From an uncultured Pelagibacteraceae bacterium (GTDB lineage Bacteria > Pseudomonadota > Alphaproteobacteria > Pelagibacterales > Pelagibacteraceae): DNA of 64,000 nucleotides. The position numbers were made by a program, and so were the translations under genes. Positions 20,823 through 31,670 of this stretch are shown one piece after another (position 1 is the first letter of the stretch; each line of letters opens with the position of its first letter). The stretch lies in NCBI GenBank assembly GCA_902560625.1, contig CACEMD010000004.1:22351-86350 (forward strand), given 5' to 3'. The notes beneath the pieces are model-generated. The model did no database searches. It saw only the letters and a program-made list of their open reading frames with translations, and was not told where the DNA came from.

Positions 20823-22862
20823 TTATACTAAATCATTTAAAATATCTGCTCTATCAAACATTTTAAGTAATGGTAGATATTTATCTAAATTTTCATTTTT
20901 TGCCTCAATCCGTTTAATTTCTTTTTCAGCAACTAAGAATAAATTTTCATTTAAAACAGGATCAGCTATTCTAAATGTTTGTAATCCGCTTTGTTTGAAC
21001 CCTAATAAATCTCCATATCCTCTTAACTTCATATCTTCTTCAGATATTTTGAAACCATCATTTGTACTTTTTAAAATATTTATCCTCTTTTTTGCATTTT
21101 CACTTAGCGATGATTTAAACAATAATATACAGTAAGAATCTTTAGTGCCTCTTCCGACTCTGCCTCTTAGTTGATGAAGCTGAGATAAACCAAATTTATT
21201 TGAGTTTTCAATAATTATTAAATTTGCATTTGGAAAGTCTATACCTACCTCAATTACTGTTGTTGAAACCAGTATATCAATCTCTTTATTAAGAAATTTA
21301 TTTAAAATTTTTTCTTTATCATCAGCATTTAAGGAACCATGAAGTAATCCAACCCTTTTTTTAAATATTTTTTCTAAATGTTCAAATCTTTTAATAGCAG
21401 ATTGATTATTGATTTTTTTTGACTCCTCAATCAATGGACATACCCAAAAAACTTGATTTTTATTTTTTATTTCTTTTTGTACAAATTTAATTACATCCAT
21501 GATTTTGCTCTCTAATTTACTATAGGTTTTTACAGGTTTTCTATGCATTGGTTTTTCTCTAATAATTGATACATCCATGTCTCCATAGATTGTCATAATC
21601 ATAGTTCGTGGTATTGGTGTTGCAGACATAACAAGTATATCGCAATTTTTACCTCCTTTATCAGATAACTTTTTTCTTTGTTTAACTCCAAACTTCTGTT
21701 GTTCATCGATAACAATTAATCCTAGATTTTTAAAAACTATTTTTTCTTGAAAAAGCGAGTGAGTTCCAATCAGTATATCGACTTTATCGTTATATAAATT
21801 TTTAATAATATCTTTTTTTTCTTCTCTATTAGTTTTGCTAGTCAATAATTTAACATCTACATCAGTGTTAAAAATTTTTTTTGCCAAATTAAAGTGCTGT
21901 TTTGCTAAAATTTCTGTAGGTGCCATTAATCCTACCTGGTAACCACTTTTTATCACATTCATACTAGATATTAACGAAACTATAGTTTTGCCACTCCCAA
22001 CATCACCTTGAAGAAGTCTGAACATTTTTTCGTTTGATCTTAAATCTTTATTTATTTCTTTAATAGAATTTAACTGATCATCTGTAAGTTCATAAGAAAT
22101 TTTTTTTTTAATTTCATTAAATGACTTATCATCAAAAATTTTTTTATTTTTTTTTATTTTTTTAACAGATTTTCTTATTTTTGAATTAATCAAAAAATTT
22201 GAAATAATTTCATCGAAAATAAGTCTAGAAAGGAACTTTCCTTTTTTTTTAAAATTTTCTGGCTTATGTAACTCTATGATTGCATTTTTCCATGAAATAT
22301 TATTAAATTTTTTTAATAATTCTTCATTCAACCATTCATCTAAATCGGGAATATTTTCAAGTACTTGCTTTAGGATTTTTCGATATTTAATTTCACTCAA
22401 TCCATCAGTAAGACTATAATTATTAAATACTTTGGCTATTGAATTTTGATCCTGAGATGTATGAGTAGGATTTATAATTTGATACTTTTTTTTAAAATAT
22501 CCAATTTTGCCGCTTATAGTTACTTCAGAGTTAAGTGGTAGAATTTTTTTAATATATCCTTCATAACTATTAAAAAAAACACACTCTATAATACCTGTAC
22601 CATCTTCACATAAAACTTTATTTGGAAGATTTCTTATTCTTGGAAAATTATATTTTTTTACATATACAGTTAATGTTTGTGTTTTGCCAATTTGAAGTTC
22701 GTTTATTTTTTTTAAATTACTCCTATCTGTAGAATTTCTAGGTAAACTGTAAAGAAGATCAAAAATTGTATTTATATTCTTTTTTTTATATAGTTTTTCG
22801 GTTTTTGTGCCTATACCCTTTATACTATTGATATCTGATAATAAGTAATTAAAACTACTCAT
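20823..22862 (-). CDS. recG: ATP-dependent DNA helicase RecG
   Basis: QGDVGSGKT, DEQ box, SATPIPRT, QLRGRVGRG. Confidence 0.96.
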   Translation of the reverse strand: MSSFNYLLSDINSIKGIGTKTEKLYKKKNINTIFDLLYSLPRNSTDRSNLKKINELQIGKTQTLTVYVKKYNFPRIRNLPNKVLCEDGTGIIECVFFNSYEGYIKKILPLNSEVTISGKIGYFKKKYQIINPTHTSQDQNSIAKVFNNYSLTDGLSEIKYRKILKQVLENIPDLDEWLNEELLKKFNNISWKNAIIELHKPENFKKKGKFLSRLIFDEIISNFLINSKIRKSVKKIKKNKKIFDDKSFNEIKKKISYELTDDQLNSIKEINKDLRSNEKMFRLLQGDVGSGKTIVSLISSMNVIKSGYQVGLMAPTEILAKQHFNLAKKIFNTDVDVKLLTSKTNREEKKDIIKNLYNDKVDILIGTHSLFQEKIVFKNLGLIVIDEQQKFGVKQRKKLSDKGGKNCDILVMSATPIPRTMIMTIYGDMDVSIIREKPMHRKPVKTYSKLESKIMDVIKFVQKEIKNKNQVFWVCPLIEESKKINNQSAIKRFEHLEKIFKKRVGLLHGSLNADDKEKILNKFLNKEIDILVSTTVIEVGIDFPNANLIIIENSNKFGLSQLHQLRGRVGRGTKDSYCILLFKSSLSENAKKRINILKSTNDGFKISEEDMKLRGYGDLLGFKQSGLQTFRIADPVLNENLFLVAEKEIKRIEAKNENLDKYLPLLKMFDRADILNDLV

Positions 22863-22879
22863 ATTATATTTATATAACT

Positions 22880-23143
22880 ATGTCTCAAAATAAAGAAGAT
22901 CTTAAAAATAAGATTATTTATAGGGCGTCTTATAGGGGCACAAAGGAAATGGATATACTAATGATAGATTTTATCAAATCTATTATTGATAAATTTGACA
23001 AAGATAAACTTCAAGTATTAGATGAATTTGTAAATATGGATGATGAAATATTAAAATCCATTAGGAATAAGGAAGCTTTTTTAAATATTAAAGATAAAAT
23101 TTTTTTAGAAATTGTGGATAGATTTCAGAAACACCCTTTATAG
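22880..23143 (+). CDS. sdhE: Succinate dehydrogenase flavin assembly factor
   Basis: YRASYRGTKEMD (RGxxE motif); divergent from recG as in other alphaproteobacteria. Confidence 0.85.
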   Translation: MSQNKEDLKNKIIYRASYRGTKEMDILMIDFIKSIIDKFDKDKLQVLDEFVNMDDEILKSIRNKEAFLNIKDKIFLEIVDRFQKHPL

Positions 23144-23146
23144 TTA

Positions 23147-23236
23147 TGGCGGAGAGACTGGGATTCGAACCCAGGAAAGAGTTGCCCCTTTGCCGGTTTT
23201 CAAGACCGGTGCTTTCAACCGCTCAGCCATCTCTCC
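23147..23236 (-). tRNA. tRNA-Ser(UGA)
   Basis: GGAGAGA/TCTCTCC stem, CCGGT-CTTGAAA-ACCGG anticodon arm, long variable arm, GCCA end. Confidence 0.97.
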
Positions 23237-23328
23237 AAGATCATGTTTTTATAAGTATAAAATTTATTTTCAACAAAATAATTTAAATATGTTTTTTTCA
23301 ATATCAAAATAGTTTATTTGAACAATTA

Positions 23329-24213
23329 ATGACAAATAACAAAGATTTTAATAAAGGTTTAATACTTGCCGCCGTCGGGTCTTTCTGGTGGGGTTATATA
23401 GGTGTTATTTATTTTAAATATATTGCTTTTGCAGGCCATGTAGAAGTAGTAATACATCGCTGTTTGTGGACAACTGTAACTCTTATTCTAACATCAATAA
23501 TTTTTTCAAAATTTAATAGCATAAAAAAAATATTAAATAACAAAAAAAATTTATCATTATTATTTTTGTCAGGTCTTCTAATATTTATTAATTGGAGTGT
23601 TTGGATTTATGCAGTTAGTATAGATAAAATTATAGATGCTAGTTTTGGTTATTTTATAATGCCTATAATTAGTGTTTTTTTAGGTAATATCTTTTTTAAA
23701 GAAAAGTTATCTTTAAGAGGTAAAATTTCAGTTTTTATAGTTATTATTTCAATTTTATTTATAATTTTTTCAGATTTTAAATCAATTCCATGGGTTGGCT
23801 TAATTGTTGCCATTAGTTGGAGCTTTTATAATTTGGTTAGAAAAAAAGTTAATGTTGAAACTGATACCGGATTACTAATTGAAAGTTTATTTATTCTACC
23901 TGCTGTATTAATAGGATTTTATTTTGTTATCCAAAATAATGTGAATGATTTTGATATATCGAATCCAAAATTAATGTTTATTTTAATGTTAGCTGGACCA
24001 ATGACAGTGATTCCTTTATTTTTATATGTTAAAGGTGTAGAAAATTGCGGTCTTGGTCCCACAGGTATGATTTTCTACATAACACCAACTTTGCAATTTT
24101 TATTGGGATATTTTATGTATAATGAACCATTTTCTTCCTCTAAGTTCATTAGTTTTATTTTGATATGGATTGCTGTATTTATCTATATTAAAGATTTGTA
24201 TGAAAGTAATTAA
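23329..24213 (+). CDS. rarD: RarD-type EamA/DMT transporter
   Basis: INWSVWIYAV, ASFGYFIMP, YITPTLQF; multi-TM. Confidence 0.85.
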   Translation: MTNNKDFNKGLILAAVGSFWWGYIGVIYFKYIAFAGHVEVVIHRCLWTTVTLILTSIIFSKFNSIKKILNNKKNLSLLFLSGLLIFINWSVWIYAVSIDKIIDASFGYFIMPIISVFLGNIFFKEKLSLRGKISVFIVIISILFIIFSDFKSIPWVGLIVAISWSFYNLVRKKVNVETDTGLLIESLFILPAVLIGFYFVIQNNVNDFDISNPKLMFILMLAGPMTVIPLFLYVKGVENCGLGPTGMIFYITPTLQFLLGYFMYNEPFSSSKFISFILIWIAVFIYIKDLYESN

Positions 24214-25192
24214 AATTCTTTTAATAATATTAATAGTATTTAATTCTAATTTGAAAGCAGATGAAAATTTTGATTTATGGTTAAAAAATTTTTCTGAAAG
24301 AGCTTTAAGCAAAGGTATATCGAAAAAAACTGTTAACGAGGTTTTGAATAAAGCAAAATTTTTACCCAATGTAATTAAATATGACAGATATCAACCTGAA
24401 TTTTACGAAGATACAAAAACCTATATAAATAAACGTGTTACAAAAAAAAAAATTAAAAATGGAGTAAATCTATATTTACAAAATAAAAATAAAATTAATG
24501 AAATCGAAGAAAAATTTTCAGTTGAAAAAGAATTGTTATTAGCATTAATGGGTATCGAAACAAATTATGGAAATTATCTTGGAAAAATGGATATAATTTC
24601 ATCATTAGCTACTTTAAGTTATGATAAAAGAAGAAGCACATTCTTTAGCAATGAATTGATTATATTACTTCAATTAATTGATAATGGTTTAGTTAATTAC
24701 AAAGTTCTTTATGGATCTTGGGCAGGCGCTTTTGGTAATTTTCAATTTATGCCTTCAACGATTGAAAGTTATGCAATAGATTATGACAATAATAACATTA
24801 TTGATTTAAAATCTATAAATGACTCTTTTGCATCTGCTGGAAATTATATTAATAAGATTGGTTGGAAAAAAAAAAAACCTTGTTTTAAGAAAATTGAATT
24901 AAATGATAAAATACCAAATAAATTTTTGAATACGTCAGCACAAAAATTAAAGTATAAAAAAAAAGTTAAATTTTTTAAAAAATACATTAAAAATTTTGAA
25001 AAAATTAAAATTTATTCTAACTTAAATTCAGCTATAATAACTCCTGATAAAGATATTGTTAATAATGCAGAAATCTTGTCACCTGCTTATATTGTTTTCG
25101 ATAACTATGAATTGATTCTAAAATGGAATCGATCTCTTAGATTTGCTTTGGCTGTTTGTACTTTAAAAGAGGATTTTGATAATGTGCTTTAG
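24200..25192 (+). CDS. Lytic murein transglycosylase (MltB/SLT_2)
   Basis: QPEF, GIETNYG, GSWAGAFGNFQFMPS, WNRS. Confidence 0.92.
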   Translation: MKVIKILLIILIVFNSNLKADENFDLWLKNFSERALSKGISKKTVNEVLNKAKFLPNVIKYDRYQPEFYEDTKTYINKRVTKKKIKNGVNLYLQNKNKINEIEEKFSVEKELLLALMGIETNYGNYLGKMDIISSLATLSYDKRRSTFFSNELIILLQLIDNGLVNYKVLYGSWAGAFGNFQFMPSTIESYAIDYDNNNIIDLKSINDSFASAGNYINKIGWKKKKPCFKKIELNDKIPNKFLNTSAQKLKYKKKVKFFKKYIKNFEKIKIYSNLNSAIITPDKDIVNNAEILSPAYIVFDNYELILKWNRSLRFALAVCTLKEDFDNVL

Positions 25193-25931
25193 AAATTTAT
25201 TTTTTTTATTATTTTTGTTTTCATGTTCATCAAACAATTTGAATGTAGATAAATATAATAAAAAAACTGATTTTATTTATTCTAACGTTGGTTTTGCTTT
25301 GATCTATGATGATAAACTTAAAAAGCAAAAGATTATTAGTAAGAAAATGGATAATAGAACATTAGAAATATTTCAAAAAAATCTTAAAAAAAATAAAACA
25401 GTAAAAATTACTAATCTGATTAATAATAAGTCAATTATTGCAGTCGTTGGTTCAAATAGTAAATATCCTTATTTTTACAACTCAGTTATTTCAAAAAGAA
25501 TAGCTAAAGAACTCAATGTTGATCCAGATGAACCATATATTCAAATATTAGAGATAAATGATAACAACATTTTCATTGCTAAAAAATCTAAAATGTTTGA
25601 CGAAGAAAAGGTAGTAGCTGATAAAGCTCCAGTCGTTGAGATAACAATTAAAAATATTGCTTCTGGTCAAACAAGTTCTAAAGTTGATAAAGTTAATAAA
25701 CCTTTTAATTATATTATAAAAATTGCCGATTTTTATTATATTGACTCGGCAAAAAATTTAGTCAACAGAGTTACTTCAGAAATTAACTATAAAAATGCTA
25801 AAATTAAAAAATTATCAGACACTAAATATAGAGTTTTTATGGGACCTTTCACAAACATTATATCATTAAAAGAAGCTTTTAATGATATAATCAAATTGAA
25901 TTTTGAGAATATTGAAATAATCAAATTATGA
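25182..25931 (+). CDS. Divergent RlpA-like lipoprotein with C-terminal SPOR domain
   Basis: Lipobox-like FSC, VKITNLINNKSI, YRVFMGPF SPOR tail; located between mltB and dacA. Confidence 0.7.
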   Translation: MCFRNLFFLLFLFSCSSNNLNVDKYNKKTDFIYSNVGFALIYDDKLKKQKIISKKMDNRTLEIFQKNLKKNKTVKITNLINNKSIIAVVGSNSKYPYFYNSVISKRIAKELNVDPDEPYIQILEINDNNIFIAKKSKMFDEEKVVADKAPVVEITIKNIASGQTSSKVDKVNKPFNYIIKIADFYYIDSAKNLVNRVTSEINYKNAKIKKLSDTKYRVFMGPFTNIISLKEAFNDIIKLNFENIEIIKL

Positions 25932-27079
25932 AAAAAAAAATAACTATTTTAGCTTCTATTTATTTCCTTTTTTTAGTTAATTCATTTGCGGCATTCGATA
26001 TAAAAGCAAAAACTGCTATACTTAAAGACTATTTATCTGGAAAAATACTTTTTGAGAAAGAACCAGATATGTCTATTTATCCTGCATCAATGACAAAAAT
26101 TATGACATCGATTGTAGCATTTGATTTAATAAAAAAAGGAGATTTAAGTTTAGATGACAAGTTTATAATATCTGAAAATGCCTGGAGATTATCAACATCA
26201 GGATATTCTTCTATGTTTATAATGGTTGGTGACGAAGTATCTGTCGAGAACCTTTTAAGAGGAATAATTGTTGCTTCTGGAAATGATGCGTGTATAGCCC
26301 TAGCCGAGGGAATTGCAGGCTCAGAAGAAGAATTTTCAATTATTATGACATCAAAGGCAAAGGAAATAGGAATGAAAAATACAAATTTTAGCAATTCCTC
26401 TGGAATTAATGATCCTGATAATTATTCAACTGTAAATGATATTTTAATAATGTCCGATTATTTAATACGCGAATTTCCAGAATATTATGATTATTTTAAA
26501 GAACTAAAATTTACTTGGGACAGAACAGGTGGAGACCCAATAACACAAGGTAATAGAAATCCGTTATTGTATAAAAATATTGGTGCTGATGGTATTAAAA
26601 CAGGATATTTAGCTGTTGAAAAGTATTCACTAGCATCAAGTATTAATAGAAACGGAAGAAGACTAATTGCAGTTGGAAGTGGATTTAAAACAAAAAAATC
26701 TAGATCGAAAGAATCGTTAAAACTTTTAACATATGGTTTAACTAATTTTGATACAGTTCAAATTGCTAAAAAAAATAAAAATTTTTCAGAATTAGATGTT
26801 TGGTTAGGTAAGTCTGATAAAGTTCAAGTACATCTTAAAGATGATATTTATAAAACAATCCCAAAGGCAAAAAAAAGAAACCTAAAATCAATAATTAACT
26901 ATCAAGGTCCAATTGAAGCACCAATCCAAAAAGATCAAGTAGTTGCAAAATTAAAAATATTTTATGAAAATGAATTGCTAAGTGAACACGATCTTTATTC
27001 ATCTCAAATAATCAAAAAAGTTAATATAATTTCAAGAATTTTAAGGTCTATAAATTATTTAGTTTGGGGTGATGTCTAA
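25928..27079 (+). CDS. dacA: D-alanyl-D-alanine carboxypeptidase (PBP5)
   Basis: SMTK, SGN, KTG motifs. Confidence 0.93.
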   Translation: MKKKITILASIYFLFLVNSFAAFDIKAKTAILKDYLSGKILFEKEPDMSIYPASMTKIMTSIVAFDLIKKGDLSLDDKFIISENAWRLSTSGYSSMFIMVGDEVSVENLLRGIIVASGNDACIALAEGIAGSEEEFSIIMTSKAKEIGMKNTNFSNSSGINDPDNYSTVNDILIMSDYLIREFPEYYDYFKELKFTWDRTGGDPITQGNRNPLLYKNIGADGIKTGYLAVEKYSLASSINRNGRRLIAVGSGFKTKKSRSKESLKLLTYGLTNFDTVQIAKKNKNFSELDVWLGKSDKVQVHLKDDIYKTIPKAKKRNLKSIINYQGPIEAPIQKDQVVAKLKIFYENELLSEHDLYSSQIIKKVNIISRILRSINYLVWGDV

Positions 27080-27686
27080 ATACCCTATTATAGTATTTGA
27101 AGGAATAGAAGGTTCAGGTAAAACTACTCACATAAATAATGTTTGTAAATTCTTAAAAAAAAAAAATAAAAAATTCATTAAAATAAGGGAACCAGGAGGG
27201 TCAAAAAATTCAGAGAAAATAAGAAAACTTATACTGAATAATAAATCAAAATTTAGTGAAAAAACAGACTTATTATTAATGCTAAGTGCAAGAAGTGAAA
27301 ATGTAGATAAAATATTAAGTAAACACCTAAATAAAAAAATAATTTTAATCGATAGGTTTACTGATTCTACAATAGCATACCAACACTACGGCATGAAGAT
27401 TAATTTACGAATTATTAAGATTATTAATAAATTTTTATTAAATAAAATTAAACCAGACTTAACATTTTTAAATATCGTAAATAAAAAAAATCTTATAATA
27501 AGACTAAAAAAAAGAAAAAATAAAAATAGATATGACAATTTTAGTTATGAATTTTATAATAAAGTACAAAAAGGTTTTTTAAAAATTTCCAAAGGAAGTA
27601 AATATACGATTATAGATTCTAATGACCCATTAGCGTATAATAAAAAGAAAGTATTAAATAAAATAAGTAAAACTATTAAACTATGA
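27072..27686 (+). CDS. tmk: Thymidylate kinase
   Basis: FEGIEGSGKTT, REPGG, DRF..STIAYQ. Confidence 0.95.
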   Translation: MSKYPIIVFEGIEGSGKTTHINNVCKFLKKKNKKFIKIREPGGSKNSEKIRKLILNNKSKFSEKTDLLLMLSARSENVDKILSKHLNKKIILIDRFTDSTIAYQHYGMKINLRIIKIINKFLLNKIKPDLTFLNIVNKKNLIIRLKKRKNKNRYDNFSYEFYNKVQKGFLKISKGSKYTIIDSNDPLAYNKKKVLNKISKTIKL

Positions 27687-28612
27687 AACCCGAAAATCAA
27701 ATTAATTTATTTGGACATAATGAGATTTTGTCAAAATTTATTAAACTTTATGACAGTAAAAAACTACCATCAAAAATACTTTTATCAGGTAATGAGGGAA
27801 TAGGAAAATGTACACTAGCGTATCATCTGATTAATTATATTTTTTCACAAAATGATATTGAAGCATATAATACTAATAAAAATATTATTAATAGTAATTC
27901 AAATAATTTTAAATTAATTCAAAATAATATTCATCCAAATTTTTATAAAATTAATTTAAATGATACAAAAAATTCAATTGATATAGCTCAAATCAGAGAA
28001 ATGATTAAATTTATTCAAAAAACTAGTTTTAATGACCAAGAGAAAATTATTTTAATTGATCAGATTGAATATTTAAATCAAAACTCAGCAAATTCAATTC
28101 TTAAAATATTAGAGGACTCTAACGAAAAAGTTTTATTTATCTTGATACACGCCCAAGAAAAAAAAATTATTGAAACTATAAAATCTAGATGTATAAATTT
28201 TAAAATTTTTCTAGATCAAAATTTTATTTCTCATATAGTCAATAACTATTTTAAAAAGAATATTTTTGACCTTATTAACAATAACTTTAAAAGTTTCTAT
28301 TTTTCACCAAAAACATACATTAATTTTTTAGAAATTTGTAATGAAATAAAATTTGATTATGAAAATTCTAATATCGACCTTTTTATAAAAAACTTAATTG
28401 AAAATAAATTATATCTAAAAAAAAATTTAATATATATTGATATCAAGCAATTTATAGAATTATATTTTCGAAAAAAAATTGTTAATCATTCGAGTCAAAT
28501 AAATTTAAATCATTTTTCATATTTTAATAAAAAATATTATGAATTTAAAAAATATAATTTAGATTTAGAAAGTTTTTTTATTGAATTTAATACTAAAGTC
28601 TTCAATGAGTAA
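27683..28612 (+). CDS. holB: DNA polymerase III subunit delta'
   Basis: GNEGIGK, ANSILKILE, TIKSRC; tmk-holB-metG synteny. Confidence 0.85.
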   Translation: MKPENQINLFGHNEILSKFIKLYDSKKLPSKILLSGNEGIGKCTLAYHLINYIFSQNDIEAYNTNKNIINSNSNNFKLIQNNIHPNFYKINLNDTKNSIDIAQIREMIKFIQKTSFNDQEKIILIDQIEYLNQNSANSILKILEDSNEKVLFILIHAQEKKIIETIKSRCINFKIFLDQNFISHIVNNYFKKNIFDLINNNFKSFYFSPKTYINFLEICNEIKFDYENSNIDLFIKNLIENKLYLKKNLIYIDIKQFIELYFRKKIVNHSSQINLNHFSYFNKKYYEFKKYNLDLESFFIEFNTKVFNE

Positions 28613-30143
28613 AAATTATTATATTACTACACCTATTTACTATCCTTCAGGTAAGCCTCATATGGGTCATGCATATTCAAGTATAATTGCTGATTTTTTT
28701 GCTAGATTTAAAAGGATCCAAGGTAAAAATGTTTTTTTTTTAACTGGTACCGATGAACACGGTCAAAAAATTCAAAGAGCAGCTGAAAACAATAAATTAG
28801 ATCCTCTTTCATTCTGTAATAAAATAAGTAAAACTTTTTTAGATTTGTCAAAAAAATTAAATCTATCTAATGATGATTTTATTAGAACTACTGAAAAAAG
28901 ACACAGTGACTCAGTTACTCATTTATGGAATATACTAGAAAAGAATAATCAAATTTATCTATCTAAATATTCCGGCTGGTATTCTGTATCTGATGAAGCT
29001 TTCTATAATGATGATGAAGTCGAAACTATTAATAACCAAAAGATTAGTAAAATTTCAGGTTCTTCAGTTGAATGGGTTGAGGAGGAATCGTACTTTTTTA
29101 GACTTTCTCAATGGCAAAAACCACTTTTAAAATTTTATTCAGAAAATAAAAACTTTATCTTACCTGAGTCTAGACGAAACGAAGTGATAAGTTTTGTTGA
29201 GAGTGGTCTCAAAGATCTATCTGTAAGCAGAAAATCTTTCACTTGGGGCATAAAAGTTCCCTCTAATAAAGACCATGTTATTTATGTTTGGCTAGATGCT
29301 TTGACAAATTATCTAAGTGCGCTTAATTATCCTAACGTTGATAGTGCAAATTATAAATCTTTCTGGCCAGCCTCATTGCATTTAATTGGTAAAGACATAT
29401 TAAGATTTCATGCAGTTTATTGGCCAGCATTTCTATTAGCAGCAAATATTCGACCACCTTTAAGAATTTATGGACATGGGTGGATACTTTCAGGTGAAAA
29501 AAAAATGTCAAAATCTAAGGGCAACATACTTGATCCACTTGAAATAATTAACAAATATGGTCTTGATCCACTAAGATACTATCTAATTAAAGAGGTTTCG
29601 TTTGGAAACGATGGCAGTATATCATTAGAAAAATTAGAAAATTGTATAAATAGTGATCTTGCAAATAATTATGGCAATTTATGTCAAAGAGTAATCTCTT
29701 TTAATGAAAAGAACTTTAATTTAAAAATTCCTGAAAGTCATGACTTTACTGAAGATGATATTTATATTTTAGACAATTATGTAAAAGAATTTCCTAATTT
29801 GATTGAGTCTGTAGATAATCAAAATATAAATAATTATCTTAACTTTATCCAAAATCAACTTTTTATAAGCAATAAGTATTTTAATGACCAAGAACCTTGG
29901 AAGAAAAAAAATGATAAAAAGCGATTAAATACAATAATTTATGTTTCTTTGGAATTAATTAGAAAAATTTCAATAATGTTATATCCTGTAATTCCAGAAA
30001 GCACTTTAAAGGTTTTAAAAATATACAATATAAATGAAAAAAATATTCAATTTGAAAGCCTAAAAGAGCATAATTTTCTTGAGCCAAACCAAAATTTATC
30101 AAAACTCTCAATATTATTTAAAAAAATAGAAACCCATGATTGA
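28605..30143 (+). CDS. metG: Methionine--tRNA ligase
   Basis: HMGH, TGTDEHG, YVWLDAL, KMSKS. Confidence 0.97.
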   Translation: MSKNYYITTPIYYPSGKPHMGHAYSSIIADFFARFKRIQGKNVFFLTGTDEHGQKIQRAAENNKLDPLSFCNKISKTFLDLSKKLNLSNDDFIRTTEKRHSDSVTHLWNILEKNNQIYLSKYSGWYSVSDEAFYNDDEVETINNQKISKISGSSVEWVEEESYFFRLSQWQKPLLKFYSENKNFILPESRRNEVISFVESGLKDLSVSRKSFTWGIKVPSNKDHVIYVWLDALTNYLSALNYPNVDSANYKSFWPASLHLIGKDILRFHAVYWPAFLLAANIRPPLRIYGHGWILSGEKKMSKSKGNILDPLEIINKYGLDPLRYYLIKEVSFGNDGSISLEKLENCINSDLANNYGNLCQRVISFNEKNFNLKIPESHDFTEDDIYILDNYVKEFPNLIESVDNQNINNYLNFIQNQLFISNKYFNDQEPWKKKNDKKRLNTIIYVSLELIRKISIMLYPVIPESTLKVLKIYNINEKNIQFESLKEHNFLEPNQNLSKLSILFKKIETHD

Positions 30144-30897
30144 TACTCACTGTCATTTAGATCAACCTCCACTTATTGATGATTTAAGATCTGTAATAAA
30201 AAGATCAAAAGATGTTGGAATTAAAAAATTATTAACAATATCGACAACAATTGACTCTTTTAAAAAAATTGAAGATATAATTAAATTAGATCCAATAATT
30301 TTTGGCACTTTCGGTATACATCCTCATGAAACAGATAAAGAATTATTAACAAAAGAAGATATTGTTATTAAATTTAAAAATAATAATAAAGTGATTGCAG
30401 TCGGAGAATCTGGATTAGATTTCTATTACAATAATAGCAACAAAAAAAATCAATTAAAAAGTTTTGCGAATCATATTGAAGCATCTTTAGACCTTAATAT
30501 GCCAATAATAGTTCATTCAAGAAATGCTGAAAACGAAACATATGAAGTTTTATCTAGATATAAGAATTGTAACTTAAAAATTTTAATGCATTGTTTTACT
30601 GGTTCATCAAATTTTGTAAAAAAATTGTCAAATTTTAATACATATTTTTCAGCTAGTGGTATAATTACTTTTAAAAATAGTTTTGATTTACAAAGTACTT
30701 TTAAAATAATCCCTGAGGATAGACTATTGATAGAAACCGATAGTCCTTTTTTGGCACCAGTTCCAAATAGGGGAAAAAAAAATGAACCTAGCTATCTTTT
30801 ATTTACTTTAAAAAAACTAGCTGACTTAAGAAATATAAGTGAAAATAAGTTAATCAATATTACAACTAACAATTTCAATAGACTATTTGAAAAATGA
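30136..30897 (+). CDS. tatD: TatD family DNase
   Basis: DTHCH, GIHPH, GESGLD, ETDSPFL. Confidence 0.93.
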   Translation: MIDTHCHLDQPPLIDDLRSVIKRSKDVGIKKLLTISTTIDSFKKIEDIIKLDPIIFGTFGIHPHETDKELLTKEDIVIKFKNNNKVIAVGESGLDFYYNNSNKKNQLKSFANHIEASLDLNMPIIVHSRNAENETYEVLSRYKNCNLKILMHCFTGSSNFVKKLSNFNTYFSASGIITFKNSFDLQSTFKIIPEDRLLIETDSPFLAPVPNRGKKNEPSYLLFTLKKLADLRNISENKLINITTNNFNRLFEK

Positions 30898-31670
30898 AAA
30901 TAAAATTTGTTATTTTAGGTTGTGGTAGTTCGTTAGGCATTCCAAGAATAGATGGTTATTTCGGCAAATGTGATCCTAAAAATAAAAAAAATTATAGATC
31001 AAGATGTTCAGTTTTAATTAATACTAAAAATACAAATATATTGATTGATACATCACCAGATATCAAAAACCAATTACTAAAATATAAAGTTCAAAAAATT
31101 GATAAAGTTTTTTATACTCATCCACATGGTGATCAAACTCATGGAATTAACGAACTAAGAGTATTCTATTTAAAATCTAAAAAAAAAATTCCTGTATATG
31201 CTAATGCTCACACACGAAAGTATTTAAATAAATCTTTTCAATACTGCTTTAAAAATACAAAGAGTTATCCAGCTACTTTAAATTTAAAAAAATTAAATAG
31301 ATTACATTATTTAAAAGATAACAATAACAATACTATTAAGCTAAGATCTATACGTGTTAAACATGGTCTTATAGATAGTACCTGCTACGTTATAAATGAT
31401 AGATGTGCCTACGCTCCAGATGTAAATAAAATATTTTCAAAAGACTTAAAGTATTTGAAAAATCTTGATTATTTGGTAATTGATTGTTTAAGATATAAAA
31501 CCCATCCATCTCACTTTAACCTAGAAGATGTTTTAAACTTAGTTAAAGAAATTAAACCAAAAAAAACAATTTTAACTAACTTAAATAATGAAATCGATTA
31601 TCTTCAAATAAAAAAAAAATTACCTAAAAGTATCATTCCAGCTTATGATGGTTTATCATTCAACTTTTAA
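30894..31670 (+). CDS. MBL-fold metallo-hydrolase (PhnP-like)
   Basis: LGCGSSLGIP, THPHGDQTHG, AYDG. Confidence 0.88.
   Translation: MKIKFVILGCGSSLGIPRIDGYFGKCDPKNKKNYRSRCSVLINTKNTNILIDTSPDIKNQLLKYKVQKIDKVFYTHPHGDQTHGINELRVFYLKSKKKIPVYANAHTRKYLNKSFQYCFKNTKSYPATLNLKKLNRLHYLKDNNNNTIKLRSIRVKHGLIDSTCYVINDRCAYAPDVNKIFSKDLKYLKNLDYLVIDCLRYKTHPSHFNLEDVLNLVKEIKPKKTILTNLNNEIDYLQIKKKLPKSIIPAYDGLSFNF

Noticed and set aside
23112-23312. 66-aa ORF, and the 33963 start for the complex I subunit
   Set aside because: They overlap tRNA-Ser and tRNA-Pro respectively
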